Shown: piece after piece, positions 6,136 to 14,797 of the stretch
How the letters are laid out: each line of letters begins with the position of its first letter
How positions within the stretch are numbered: the stretch's first letter is position 1
Origin: Gemmatimonadota bacterium
GTDB lineage: Bacteria > Gemmatimonadota > Gemmatimonadetes > Gemmatimonadales > GWC2-71-9
DNA: 16,173 nt
Assembly (NCBI GenBank): GCA_039586365.1
Contig: JBDHKN010000101.1
Span: 1-16,173, forward strand
Direction: 5' to 3'
The notes under the pieces: model-generated
What the model was told of the DNA's origin: nothing
The model's database searches: none
The model's input: the letters and a program-made list of their open reading frames with translations, nothing else
Position numbers and translations under genes: made by a program

Positions 6136-8007
6136 ATGCGGCTACTACTCATCAATCCCCGGTTCCCGGAGAGCTTCTGGAGCTTCAAGTGGGCGGTGAA
6201 CACCGTACTATCTGGCCAGAGAGCGTTGAATCCACCGCTCGGCCTCGCCACGCTTGCTGCTCTCTGCCCGGAAGACTGGGATGTAGCAATTGTTGATGAG
6301 AACGTTGAGTCCATTCCGCTCGCACCGCAGGCGGACATTGTTGGCATTTGCGGGATGGGAGTTCAGTTCCAGCGCCAGCAGGAGCTGCTGACCTACTATC
6401 GCAACAAGGGATACTTCGTAGTGGCGGGCGGCAGCTACGCCTCGTTGTGTCCGGAATCATATGACTCGATCGCCGACTGCGTGGTGGCGGGTGAGGCGGA
6501 GTACACCTGGCCGGAACTCTGCGCCGATTTTGCAGCCGGGAGACCTAAGAAGCTCTACCAGGAAACCGGCATTGTATCCATGGCCGATTCACCCGTTCCT
6601 CGCTTCGACCTGTTGAAGCTGAACAGATATCGGTCAGTGAGCTTGCAGTTCTCGCGCGGCTGTCCGTTTCGCTGCGAGTTCTGTGACATCATTGTGATGT
6701 TCGGACGCAGACCACGCACGAAATCGCTGAGCCAGATAGGCAGCGAGTTGGACCTGCTGAGGAGGCTCGATGTCCACAACGCCTTCTTCGTCGATGACAA
6801 CTTGATTGGCAACAAGCCGGCTGCGAAAGATCTGCTGCGGTTCCTCGAGGCGTACCAGCGAGAGCATGACTATCGGTTCAGCTTCGGAACTGAAGCTTCC
6901 GTGAATATGGCACAGGACGATGAACTGCTGGCACTGTTCCACAAAGCCGGATTCGGTTGGGTGTTCCTGGGCATTGAATCACCGGACGTCGCGAGCCTAC
7001 AAGAGACCAAGAAGTTCCAGAACACGCGGCAGGATATGCTGTCCGCGGTGCGACGCATCTACGCCAGCGGCATAGAGGTGCTCGGTGGGTTCATCGTCGG
7101 CTTCGACAACGACACGGCGGACACTTTCGAGCAGCAGTACCACTTCATCACGCAGTCAGGCATTCAGGGAGCCATGGTGGGTCTCCTGACCGCACTGCCG
7201 AAGACTCCGCTGTACTACCGTTTGGAAAGAGAGGGAAGGCTGCTTCCCGGAGCTAACGACAGCGACAATACCAAACAAGGCACTAACGTCATTCCGCTGC
7301 GTATGAAGTACGACGAGATGATCGAGCGATATCGTGGCCTCTACACACGTCTATTGGCCTACCGCAACATAGCGGACCGGATCAAGAACAAAATAAGATT
7401 CATCGGCACGCCACCGGCGAGGCGTGAGTACTCCTGGATCGCTGGGATCCGGATTCTCCGTCGCCTGCTGTTCCGCGGCCTGCTTCCCGGAGGAGCCCCG
7501 CGGTTGTTCCACTTCGTGCGGTCGATTCCGTTCGGCAGACCGCGGTTCATTCCAGTCGCGGTGCAGGATTGGATCGTAGGGTTGTCGATGCGAGACTACG
7601 TGGAACGCAACTTTGGCGAGCGCTTTGATGAGCTTCGTGCTGTTGCACACCGCCGCATGGAACGGATCGAACGGTCCTTCCGTCACTACGTACAGCGGGG
7701 AGCCGTGGAGGTGTCGTTGGTCGAGGCCAAGGACGCTGTGTCGAACCTCTCGGTCTCGATGCGAGGGTGGCTGGATCGCCGGTTCTTCAAGCGGGCCGGG
7801 CATCACTTCGAGAAGGTGCTAGAGCACACTACTGCATCGATCACGCTCCGCATCGAAGCCCTCAACGATGCGCAGCGCCGTCACCTGCGACGTTTGTTGA
7901 AGCGGCTGGCCCGATACGGTGACCGCGTCTACATCGCCGTGCATGAGGAGCTGACTGACATCATCGATATCGACTCGTCCGTGTTCAACGTTGTCTTGGA
8001 GTCTTAG
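6136..8007 (+). CDS. Cobalamin-binding radical SAM enzyme with DUF4070 (HpnP-related class B methylase family) and STAS-like C-terminal extension
   Basis: N-terminal B12-binding region (PPLGLATLAA...DEN, VVAGGSYAS, GEAE); CxxxCxxC motif RGCPFRCEFCD; FFVDDN, FLGIES, GFIVGFDND, L.ALPKTPL..RL..EGRL; SD AGAGGA. Confidence 0.92.
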   Translation: MRLLLINPRFPESFWSFKWAVNTVLSGQRALNPPLGLATLAALCPEDWDVAIVDENVESIPLAPQADIVGICGMGVQFQRQQELLTYYRNKGYFVVAGGSYASLCPESYDSIADCVVAGEAEYTWPELCADFAAGRPKKLYQETGIVSMADSPVPRFDLLKLNRYRSVSLQFSRGCPFRCEFCDIIVMFGRRPRTKSLSQIGSELDLLRRLDVHNAFFVDDNLIGNKPAAKDLLRFLEAYQREHDYRFSFGTEASVNMAQDDELLALFHKAGFGWVFLGIESPDVASLQETKKFQNTRQDMLSAVRRIYASGIEVLGGFIVGFDNDTADTFEQQYHFITQSGIQGAMVGLLTALPKTPLYYRLEREGRLLPGANDSDNTKQGTNVIPLRMKYDEMIERYRGLYTRLLAYRNIADRIKNKIRFIGTPPARREYSWIAGIRILRRLLFRGLLPGGAPRLFHFVRSIPFGRPRFIPVAVQDWIVGLSMRDYVERNFGERFDELRAVAHRRMERIERSFRHYVQRGAVEVSLVEAKDAVSNLSVSMRGWLDRRFFKRAGHHFEKVLEHTTASITLRIEALNDAQRRHLRRLLKRLARYGDRVYIAVHEELTDIIDIDSSVFNVVLES

Positions 8008-8164
8008 ATAGCCACTCGGCTACCGGATCGACTGTCGTCAAGGCCAGTCCACGGATGAGAGCCGTCGTTCTTCCAGGGGCAATCGGCTACTGGTGACCTG
8101 AGAATCCGCCGCTGAGGGAGTGAACACTGGAGCCGCTGCCGGTGCCCGCCAGCAGCCCGAGGGC

Positions 8165-10546
8165 TCAGAACTCGATATTTACCCCGATCGTCGGCAACAC
8201 GCCGAGCGACTCGTTCGGTTCTGGTTGTGCGGTGCGAAAGTCCCACTCGTAGGCGGTGACGTTAGCCCGGCCGTACACGTTCTGGACGTCGATGTAAGTG
8301 ACGAGTTGGACGCTGCGAAAGCTCCAGCGCTTGTCCACCCGCAGGTCCAACGAGTGGAATGTTGGGAGTTGCGGTCCCTGGTTGTAGCGTGAGAAATCGA
8401 GCTGCCCGGTCGCCGTGCCTTCCGCGATGAATGGCGTCGTCGGCAGCCCGGTCGCCACTCGGAACTTGCCGCTCAATTCCCAGTCCCTGTCCGGACGCCA
8501 CCCCATTACGAGGTTGCCCAGGAACCGCGCATCGTAGGCGCCCGCGCGCTCGAGGCCTTCTAGCGAAGTGAAAACCGCCCTGCTGACACTCAGACTCATG
8601 AGACCGAAGACTGGTATCGCGCTGAGCCGTTTCTGGACGAACAGCTCGGCGCCGTACGTCCGGCCGACCCCGTCGCTCTTCAGGGGCTCAAGGCCGAACG
8701 GGATGTCAGTAGTGACGTCCTCGAACCCCGCGGGAGCCAGGACTGCCTCGGGGCGGAACATGCGCGCCGGGTAGTCGCGGTACTTCTTGTAGTAGAACTC
8801 GAGCTGCAACCGGGTGTCGTCCCGCGGCTCGGTCTCGAGTCCCACCACCAGTTGATCGCTCTCGATCGGCTCGAGCCGCGCGAGGTTGCCTGGATCACCT
8901 ATCAGCCAGATGTACGACGGCGCTTGATGGTACCGTCCGACACTGACGTTCAGTGCCCAAGCGGGTGTCAACCGTGTGCGTAGCGCGATGCGTGGATCGA
9001 GCCGCAGCATCTTGCCCAGGAATCCGTAGTAGGTAAGCCTTGCTCCCATGCTGGCCCGCAAGGCGTCGGTCAGCTGGTAGCTGCCCTGGAAATAGGTGGC
9101 GCTCCTAAATGCACTGAACGAGGTGTCCACAACGAGTGACCTTGGCACGCCCAGTGAGTCGAGCCGGTAACGTCCGTCCATCTGCACGTCATAGTCGAGC
9201 AGGCTGGCGAAGTACGTGGCGTTGCCGACGTTCAACTCGGCCCGGGCTCCGAGCTGCTGTACCAGGTCGATGCGTAGGGTATTGCCTCCTTCCCTCGATC
9301 GGTTGCTGAAGACGGTCTGCGGCGGGTCGAGCGAATCGGTCTGCGCGGTCTCGAACTGACTGTACGTCCGTCCCAAGGTCACGGTCAGGAGTCCGTCACC
9401 CAGGAGCCGCTTCCAGGTCACGCCGCCGAAGTATTGATTCTGCCGTGGAGCTAGGATCCGGCTGTTGTCGTACCTGTCGTCCGCAGAGTTGTTGATGAAC
9501 TCGACTCGGTCGATCGCTCCAATGCCGAGAAAGGAGATAGTGTTGACCGAGTTGAGGCGCGTGGTGGTCTTGAGCTGGAAGTCCATGTAAGAGGGTATGA
9601 AGCTGAATCCGGCACGCTTGAACAGCAGGTCGAGGTAGCTTCGCCGCGCGCTGAGCAGATAGGACGTCTTGCTACCTAGCGGCCCCTCGAGCATGGCGCC
9701 GAAACCGGTAGCTGAGAGGTTCAACTCACCAGCCAGCCGCTCATCTTCCCCGTCGCGGAGGCTGATTGATGTGAGAGAGGCCGTCCGGTCACCATACTTG
9801 GCACTGAAACCTCCCGCCGCGAAGTCGGTGCGCTGCACGAAATCCACGTTGATGAGAGACAACGGCCCACCGGTCGATCCCTGCGATCCGAAGTGATTGA
9901 TGTTGGGGACCTCGATACCGTCCACCAGAAAGAGGTTCTCGTACGGAGCCCCGCCCCGAACAATGAGATCGTTCCGCCCCCCGGTGGTCACACCCACACC
10001 CGGCAGCAACGCCACCGAACGAACCACGTCCTCCTGCACACCGGGTGCCCGCCGGGTCTCATCTGCTCCGATCGATCTGGTGGATGTGGTGTACTCCGAA
10101 GGCTGTTGAAAATACGATGGTCTTACCTCAATTCCCTCGAGTTGAACGGCCAACGGATCGAGCTGAACCAGAATATCCACCGGCTTGCCACTACCGACCA
10201 CAGTATTCGCCCTGATGATCGGCTGGTATCCGATGGCGCGGACCCGCAACTGGTACACACCCACAGCGACAGCAGACAATTGAAATCGTCCAAGTGAATC
10301 CGCCGTCACTGTGGTGCCCGTCCCCACCAATTCGATTGCGGCTCCCTGAATGGGGCGCTCGGTGGTGGCGTTCACAATGCGACCGCTGACAGTTCCAACT
10401 GGAGGGTCTTGGGCAACAATCGGGGAATGACTGCCCAGCGAGGCCAGCACGAGGATAACGAGACCACCAACCGGCGCCATCATTGCGCGGCCGAAGAACG
10501 GTGCGTCATCACTGCAAGGTATTGAACTTGAATTACTTAGTCCCAT
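8165..10546 (-). CDS. TonB-dependent outer-membrane receptor with N-terminal carboxypeptidase-regulatory-like domain
   Basis: Signal peptide; G.VSGRIV...T..PI.GA.I.L.GT...T.ADSLGRF; plug motifs LPGV..., VRGG...ENLFLVDGI and GGFSAKYG; barrel end DLRVDK...QNVY; terminal Phe (GVNIEF). Start could alternatively be ATG 10483 or 10480. Confidence 0.92.
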   Translation of the reverse strand: MGLSNSSSIPCSDDAPFFGRAMMAPVGGLVILVLASLGSHSPIVAQDPPVGTVSGRIVNATTERPIQGAAIELVGTGTTVTADSLGRFQLSAVAVGVYQLRVRAIGYQPIIRANTVVGSGKPVDILVQLDPLAVQLEGIEVRPSYFQQPSEYTTSTRSIGADETRRAPGVQEDVVRSVALLPGVGVTTGGRNDLIVRGGAPYENLFLVDGIEVPNINHFGSQGSTGGPLSLINVDFVQRTDFAAGGFSAKYGDRTASLTSISLRDGEDERLAGELNLSATGFGAMLEGPLGSKTSYLLSARRSYLDLLFKRAGFSFIPSYMDFQLKTTTRLNSVNTISFLGIGAIDRVEFINNSADDRYDNSRILAPRQNQYFGGVTWKRLLGDGLLTVTLGRTYSQFETAQTDSLDPPQTVFSNRSREGGNTLRIDLVQQLGARAELNVGNATYFASLLDYDVQMDGRYRLDSLGVPRSLVVDTSFSAFRSATYFQGSYQLTDALRASMGARLTYYGFLGKMLRLDPRIALRTRLTPAWALNVSVGRYHQAPSYIWLIGDPGNLARLEPIESDQLVVGLETEPRDDTRLQLEFYYKKYRDYPARMFRPEAVLAPAGFEDVTTDIPFGLEPLKSDGVGRTYGAELFVQKRLSAIPVFGLMSLSVSRAVFTSLEGLERAGAYDARFLGNLVMGWRPDRDWELSGKFRVATGLPTTPFIAEGTATGQLDFSRYNQGPQLPTFHSLDLRVDKRWSFRSVQLVTYIDVQNVYGRANVTAYEWDFRTAQPEPNESLGVLPTIGVNIEF

Positions 10547-10603
10547 CCAACATCCTATCTGAGTATCCGGGTGGGTGCCACGGCCCGTTCCACACCACGC
10601 CAG

Positions 10604-10632
10604 AGAGTAGAAGATTGTCTAGTTGTTGTCAA
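10604..10632 (-). promoter_or_regulatory. Sigma70-type promoter of the TonB-dependent receptor
   Basis: TTGACA (10632-10627), 17-bp spacer, TACTCT (10609-10604). Confidence 0.75.
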
Positions 10633-10678
10633 GGACAGAAGGTTGACAAACGTTCAGGGCGTGTCTAGCTTGTGTCTC
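10616..10678. promoter_or_regulatory. Putative repressor operator made of 11-bp-phased (T)nnACA direct repeats (CarH/LitR-like)
   Basis: Minus strand: TTGACA (10632) and TAGACA (10621); GAGACA (10678), TAGACA (10667) and TGAACG (10656). Plus strand: AGGACA (10632) and TTGACA (10643). Within each group the sites are exactly 11 bp apart, and they overlap both promoters. Confidence 0.55.
10643..10671 (+). promoter_or_regulatory. Sigma70-type promoter of the lipid-modification operon
   Basis: TTGACA (10643-10648), 17-bp spacer, TAGCTT (10666-10671). Confidence 0.75.
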
Positions 10679-10697
10679 GGTGATTGAGAGATGGATT

Positions 10698-11582
10698 ATG
10701 GAGACCATCAAGAAGATTTCAAAGAAACTGGTGCTTTGGTTTGACACCCACGCCGTCGATCGGGAGTCGATGACCGACACTCAGCATGTCGATTGGGCGC
10801 GGGTCGTGCCGTTCATCGCAGTTCATCTGGCATGCTTCGGAGTACTGTGGGTCGGCTGGAGTGCGACTGCCGTGGCCGTGGCGGCTGGTCTCTACGTCAT
10901 TCGCATGTTCGCGATCACGGGCTTTTACCACCGGTATTTCTCACATCGAACCTTCACCACATCCCGGTTCGCGCAATTCGCGTTCGCCGTGCTTGGGGCG
11001 AGTTCGGCTCAGCGTGGGCCACTCTGGTGGGCTGCCCACCACCGCAAGCACCACCGCTATGCCGACACGGAGCGCGACGTCCACTCGCCCAGACAACACG
11101 GTTTCTGGTGGGCGCACATGGGATGGATCACCGCGCCCGGCAACTTCCCGACGGACCTTGAGGAAGTGAAGGATCTCGCACGATATCCCGAACTCATGTT
11201 TCTCGACCGATTCGACATCCTGGTGCCGCTGTTGCTGGCAGTGGGGCTGTTAGCGCTCGGAGGCTGGCAGCTCCTCGTTTGGGGGTTCTTCATCAGCACC
11301 GTGGTGCTGTTCCACTGCACCTGCTTCATCAATTCCCTGGCGCACGTGTTTGGCCGGCGCCGGTACGCGACCTCCGATGACAGTCGCAACAGCCTGTTGC
11401 TGGCGCTGATCACGTTCGGCGAGGGCTGGCACAACAACCATCACAAGTATCCCGGCGCCACGCGGCAGGGCTTCTTCTGGTGGGAAATCGATCTCACATA
11501 CTATGGTCTGTGGCTACTCGAGCGCTTGCGGATCATCTGGAACTTGCATCCCGTCCCGAGGCGGTTGGTGGAGGCGACCTGA
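10698..11582 (+). CDS. Acyl-CoA (delta-9-type) membrane fatty acid desaturase
   Basis: Three His boxes (HRYFSH, HHRKHH, GEGWHNNHH) plus DVHSP, NSLAH and WWEID; transmembrane segments. ATG 10698 preferred because GTG 10680 lies at the predicted TSS. Confidence 0.93.
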   Translation: METIKKISKKLVLWFDTHAVDRESMTDTQHVDWARVVPFIAVHLACFGVLWVGWSATAVAVAAGLYVIRMFAITGFYHRYFSHRTFTTSRFAQFAFAVLGASSAQRGPLWWAAHHRKHHRYADTERDVHSPRQHGFWWAHMGWITAPGNFPTDLEEVKDLARYPELMFLDRFDILVPLLLAVGLLALGGWQLLVWGFFISTVVLFHCTCFINSLAHVFGRRRYATSDDSRNSLLLALITFGEGWHNNHHKYPGATRQGFFWWEIDLTYYGLWLLERLRIIWNLHPVPRRLVEAT

Positions 11583-11583
11583 C

Positions 11584-12813
11584 GTGAGAGTGGCAATCGT
11601 TGGGACCGGTGTTTCGGGACTCGTGGTCGCTCACATGCTGTACGGAGAACACGATATCTCCCTGTTCGAGGCCAACGACTACGTGGGTGGCCACGTGAAC
11701 ACGTTCCCCGTTGTGCTCACCAGCGGGCGGTGGGCCGTGGACACGGGGTTCATCGTCTACAATGAACGGAATTACCCGAACTTCTCGAGGTTGTTGGCCC
11801 AGCTAGGCGTGGCCACGCAGCCGAGCACGATGAGCTTCAGTGTGCGCTGTGATCGAACCGGTTTGGAGTACAACGGCTCGACCCTGCGGCAGCTGTTCGC
11901 CCAAAAACGCAATCTACTCCGACCGTCTTTTTACCGGATGTTGCGGGAGATCGTGCGCTTCAACAAGGAGGCGTTGGCCACCACGAAGGAGCGGTACAAG
12001 ACTGGAACGCTCGGTGAATACCTAGAGGCGGGTCACTACTCGGATGAGTTCGTTCAGCAATACTTGGTACCGATGGGTTCGGCGATCTGGTCGATACCGA
12101 GCAATCGGGTGCTCGCGATGCCGGCGGACTTCTTCATTCGGTTCTTCGACAATCACGGGATGCTCACGATTAACGAGCGTCCCGAGTGGCGTGTGATCTG
12201 TGGCGGATCGAGACGGTACGTGGATGTACTCACAGCGCCTTTCGCGGACCGTATCAGACTCCACTCACCGGTGAAGCAAGTTCTGCGATACGACGATCGT
12301 GTCGAGGTGGATGGTGAGACTTTCGATCACGTGGTTTTCGCCTGCCACAGCGACCAGGCGCTGACGACGCTGGGTGATGCTTCGGAGGCCGAGCGAGACA
12401 TTCTCGGTGCAATGCCGTACCAGGAGAATCGTGTCGTGCTCCACACCGACACCACCGTGTTACCGCGTCATCGCAAGGCTTGGGGTGCCTGGAACTACCA
12501 CATCCAGGACTTGCCGGAATCACCGGTAACCGTGACCTACAACATGAACATACTCCAGTCGCTCGAGGCTCCGAGCACCTTCTGCGTGTCCTTGAACGCT
12601 GGCGACTCGATCAGCCCCGACCGAGTTCTGTATCGAGTGCACTACGAGCACCCGGTCTATACGGTCGAGGGCACAGAGGCTCAACAGCGGCATGGAGAGA
12701 TCAGCGGTGTAGCTCGGACGCACTTCTGCGGTGCGTACTGGGGCAACGGCTTCCACGAAGACGGTGTGAATAGCGCTCTGGCGGTGGGCCGCGCATTCGG
12801 GGTTTCGCTATGA
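11584..12813 (+). CDS. FAD-dependent oxidoreductase (amine oxidase-like), UfaD/RSP1091-like fatty acid desaturase candidate
   Basis: Rossmann motif VAIVGTGVSGL, GGHVNT, VDTGFIVYN..YPNF, GAYWGNGFHEDGV.SA; SD GGAGG at 11570-11574 before GTG 11584; adjacent to DUF1365. Confidence 0.9.
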   Translation: MRVAIVGTGVSGLVVAHMLYGEHDISLFEANDYVGGHVNTFPVVLTSGRWAVDTGFIVYNERNYPNFSRLLAQLGVATQPSTMSFSVRCDRTGLEYNGSTLRQLFAQKRNLLRPSFYRMLREIVRFNKEALATTKERYKTGTLGEYLEAGHYSDEFVQQYLVPMGSAIWSIPSNRVLAMPADFFIRFFDNHGMLTINERPEWRVICGGSRRYVDVLTAPFADRIRLHSPVKQVLRYDDRVEVDGETFDHVVFACHSDQALTTLGDASEAERDILGAMPYQENRVVLHTDTTVLPRHRKAWGAWNYHIQDLPESPVTVTYNMNILQSLEAPSTFCVSLNAGDSISPDRVLYRVHYEHPVYTVEGTEAQQRHGEISGVARTHFCGAYWGNGFHEDGVNSALAVGRAFGVSL

Positions 12814-13565
12814 ACAGCTGCATTTACCGGGGGACGGTGCGGCATCGGCGGTTCGAGCCGGTGCACCACGCGTTCAGATATCCGCTGTTCATGATGTACC
12901 TCGATTTGGCGGAACTACCTACCGTGTTCGATGGGTATCTGCTCTGGTCCGCCAGGCGGCCGGCGCCCGCATGGTTCCGGCGAGCGGACTACCTGGGTGA
13001 TCGGGACGTGCCCTTGGATGTCGCGGTGCGCGACGCGGTGGAACGTGAGACCGGCCGCAGGCCCTCCGGTCCTATCCGCTTGCTCACGCAGCTCCGGTAC
13101 TTGGGCTACATCATGAACCCGGTAAGCTTCTACTACTGCTTCGCCGCGAACGACGAAGTCGAGGTGATCGTCGCCGAGGTCAACAACACGCCGTGGGACG
13201 AGCGCCACGCGTACGTGCTTGGCTCCGATCGCGACCTGGGTAGCGGGCGGATCAAGCGGTTCAGACTTCAGAAGCAGTTCCACGTTTCGCCGTTCATGGG
13301 GATGGACCAGAGGTACGACTGGCGTTTCTCGGCTCCGAAGGAGCGGCTCGTGGTACACATGGAGAACCACATCGCGACGGGCAAGCTGTTCGATGCCACA
13401 TTGGTGATGCGACGGGAGGAGTTGTCCGGACGCTCTTTGTCGGCTGCTCTTGCCAGCCACCCCTGGATGACCGCACGGGTAGTGAGCGCAATCTACTGGC
13501 AGGCCCTAATGCTCTATCTCAAGCGAGTCCCATTCCACACGCACCCAGCAAAACGCAGGAGATGA
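12810..13565 (+). CDS. DUF1365 family protein (UfaO/RSP1090-like)
   Basis: Motifs GTVRHRR.P..H.F.Y, NPVSFYYC, AEVNNTPW.ERH.Y, KQFHVSPFM, IYWQAL.L..K..PF..HP; ATGA overlap with the upstream gene. Confidence 0.93.
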   Translation: MNSCIYRGTVRHRRFEPVHHAFRYPLFMMYLDLAELPTVFDGYLLWSARRPAPAWFRRADYLGDRDVPLDVAVRDAVERETGRRPSGPIRLLTQLRYLGYIMNPVSFYYCFAANDEVEVIVAEVNNTPWDERHAYVLGSDRDLGSGRIKRFRLQKQFHVSPFMGMDQRYDWRFSAPKERLVVHMENHIATGKLFDATLVMRREELSGRSLSAALASHPWMTARVVSAIYWQALMLYLKRVPFHTHPAKRRR

Positions 13566-14797
13566 ACGTGCTACAGGAACTGGCGCGGCGGGCGCTGTTC
13601 GGACGTCTGGAGCGAATGCAGGAAGGACGGCTCACCATTGAATCGCCCTCTGGCACACGAGTATTCGGAAGTGGCAGTGAACCTGTTGCCACCATTCGTG
13701 TGGTGGACAACCGGTTCTACCCCGCGGTGTTGTTCGGCGGGCATTTAGGCGCAGCCGAGGCTTACGTCGATGGATGGTGGTCGGCCGATGACCTCACTGC
13801 GCTGGTACGGGTCTTCTTGCGCAACCGAGAGGTCCTCGACGATTTCGAAGCCGGGTGGGCCCGAGTAGCCCAGCCCGCTCGCAAACTGCTGCACGCGCTG
13901 AAACGCAATACGCGTCGAGGGTCGAGGCGCAACATCCAGGCGCACTACGATCTGGGGAACGAGTTCTTCGAACTCTTTCTCGACGACACCATGACGTACT
14001 CGTGCGGGATATTCGAGCGTCCGGACAGCTCGCTCGAAGATGCCTCGATTGCGAAGTACGACCGACTGTGCCGCAAGCTCGAGTTGAGCCCTGACCATGA
14101 CGTTGTGGAGATAGGCACGGGCTGGGGCGGCTTCGCAATCCACGCTGCGGGCGCGTACGGTTGCCGGGTTACGACAACCACCATCTCCAGAGAACAGCAC
14201 AAGCTCGCGACCGGGAGAGTGGCTGCCGCCGGCCTGTCCGACAGGGTGACCGTTCTCCTCGGCGACTACCGTGATCTCGAGGGTGAGTTCGATAAGCTGG
14301 TGTCGATCGAGATGATCGAGGCAGTGGGCCATCAGTACTTCGAGACATTCTTCGAAACCTGCAGCCGACTGCTTAGGCCTGACGGGCACGCCGCGATCCA
14401 GGCCATCACGATACAGGACCGTTACTACGAGGCTGCGCGCCGCGAGGTCGATTTCATCAAGCGTTACATCTTTCCTGGTAGCTGCCTGCCGGCGGTGTCC
14501 GTTCTGACCGCGGCCGCCAAGCACACAGATCTGCGCCTCGTGCACCTGGAAGACATCACGCCGCACTACGCCGAAACGCTGCGGAGGTGGCGCGCCAACT
14601 TCCTGTTGAACTGGGAGCACATTCGCGGTCACGGATTCGGGGAAGAGTTCCGTCGCCTCTGGGAGTTCTACTTCTGCTACTGCGAGGGCGGATTCCGTGA
14701 GGCTGTTCTGGGTGACGTCCAACTGATTTTCGCCAAGCCTCGGGCGCTGGGAGCTGTCGGCCTCCCGGTTTCGGGCCGACGGGGGGTGGCAGCGTGA
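13562..14797 (+). CDS. Cyclopropane-fatty-acyl-phospholipid synthase family SAM methyltransferase (UfaM-like)
   Basis: Motifs NIQAHYDLGNEFF.LFLD..MTYS, EIGTGWGG, DYRD, SIEMIEAVG, YIFPG, HYAETL..W, RLWEFY..YCEGGF; ATGA overlap. Confidence 0.93.
   Translation: MNVLQELARRALFGRLERMQEGRLTIESPSGTRVFGSGSEPVATIRVVDNRFYPAVLFGGHLGAAEAYVDGWWSADDLTALVRVFLRNREVLDDFEAGWARVAQPARKLLHALKRNTRRGSRRNIQAHYDLGNEFFELFLDDTMTYSCGIFERPDSSLEDASIAKYDRLCRKLELSPDHDVVEIGTGWGGFAIHAAGAYGCRVTTTTISREQHKLATGRVAAAGLSDRVTVLLGDYRDLEGEFDKLVSIEMIEAVGHQYFETFFETCSRLLRPDGHAAIQAITIQDRYYEAARREVDFIKRYIFPGSCLPAVSVLTAAAKHTDLRLVHLEDITPHYAETLRRWRANFLLNWEHIRGHGFGEEFRRLWEFYFCYCEGGFREAVLGDVQLIFAKPRALGAVGLPVSGRRGVAA

Noticed and set aside
6136..8007. 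Calling the radical SAM gene hpnP
   Set aside because: The N-terminus (SFWSF...PPLGL) fits the broader DUF4070 family better than HpnP as I recall it, and no hopanoid genes are nearby.
8008..8164. Gap between the convergent radical SAM and receptor genes as ncRNA or terminator
   Set aside because: Only a 5-bp hairpin (TAGCC-ACTC-GGCTA) without a U-tract; no recognisable RNA motif.
10484..10603. Cobalamin riboswitch upstream of the TonB receptor (would indicate BtuB)
   Set aside because: The leader is too short and lacks the GGGAA and B12-box (GCCACTG...AGYCAGRAGACCTGCC) elements; the receptor is therefore not called btuB.
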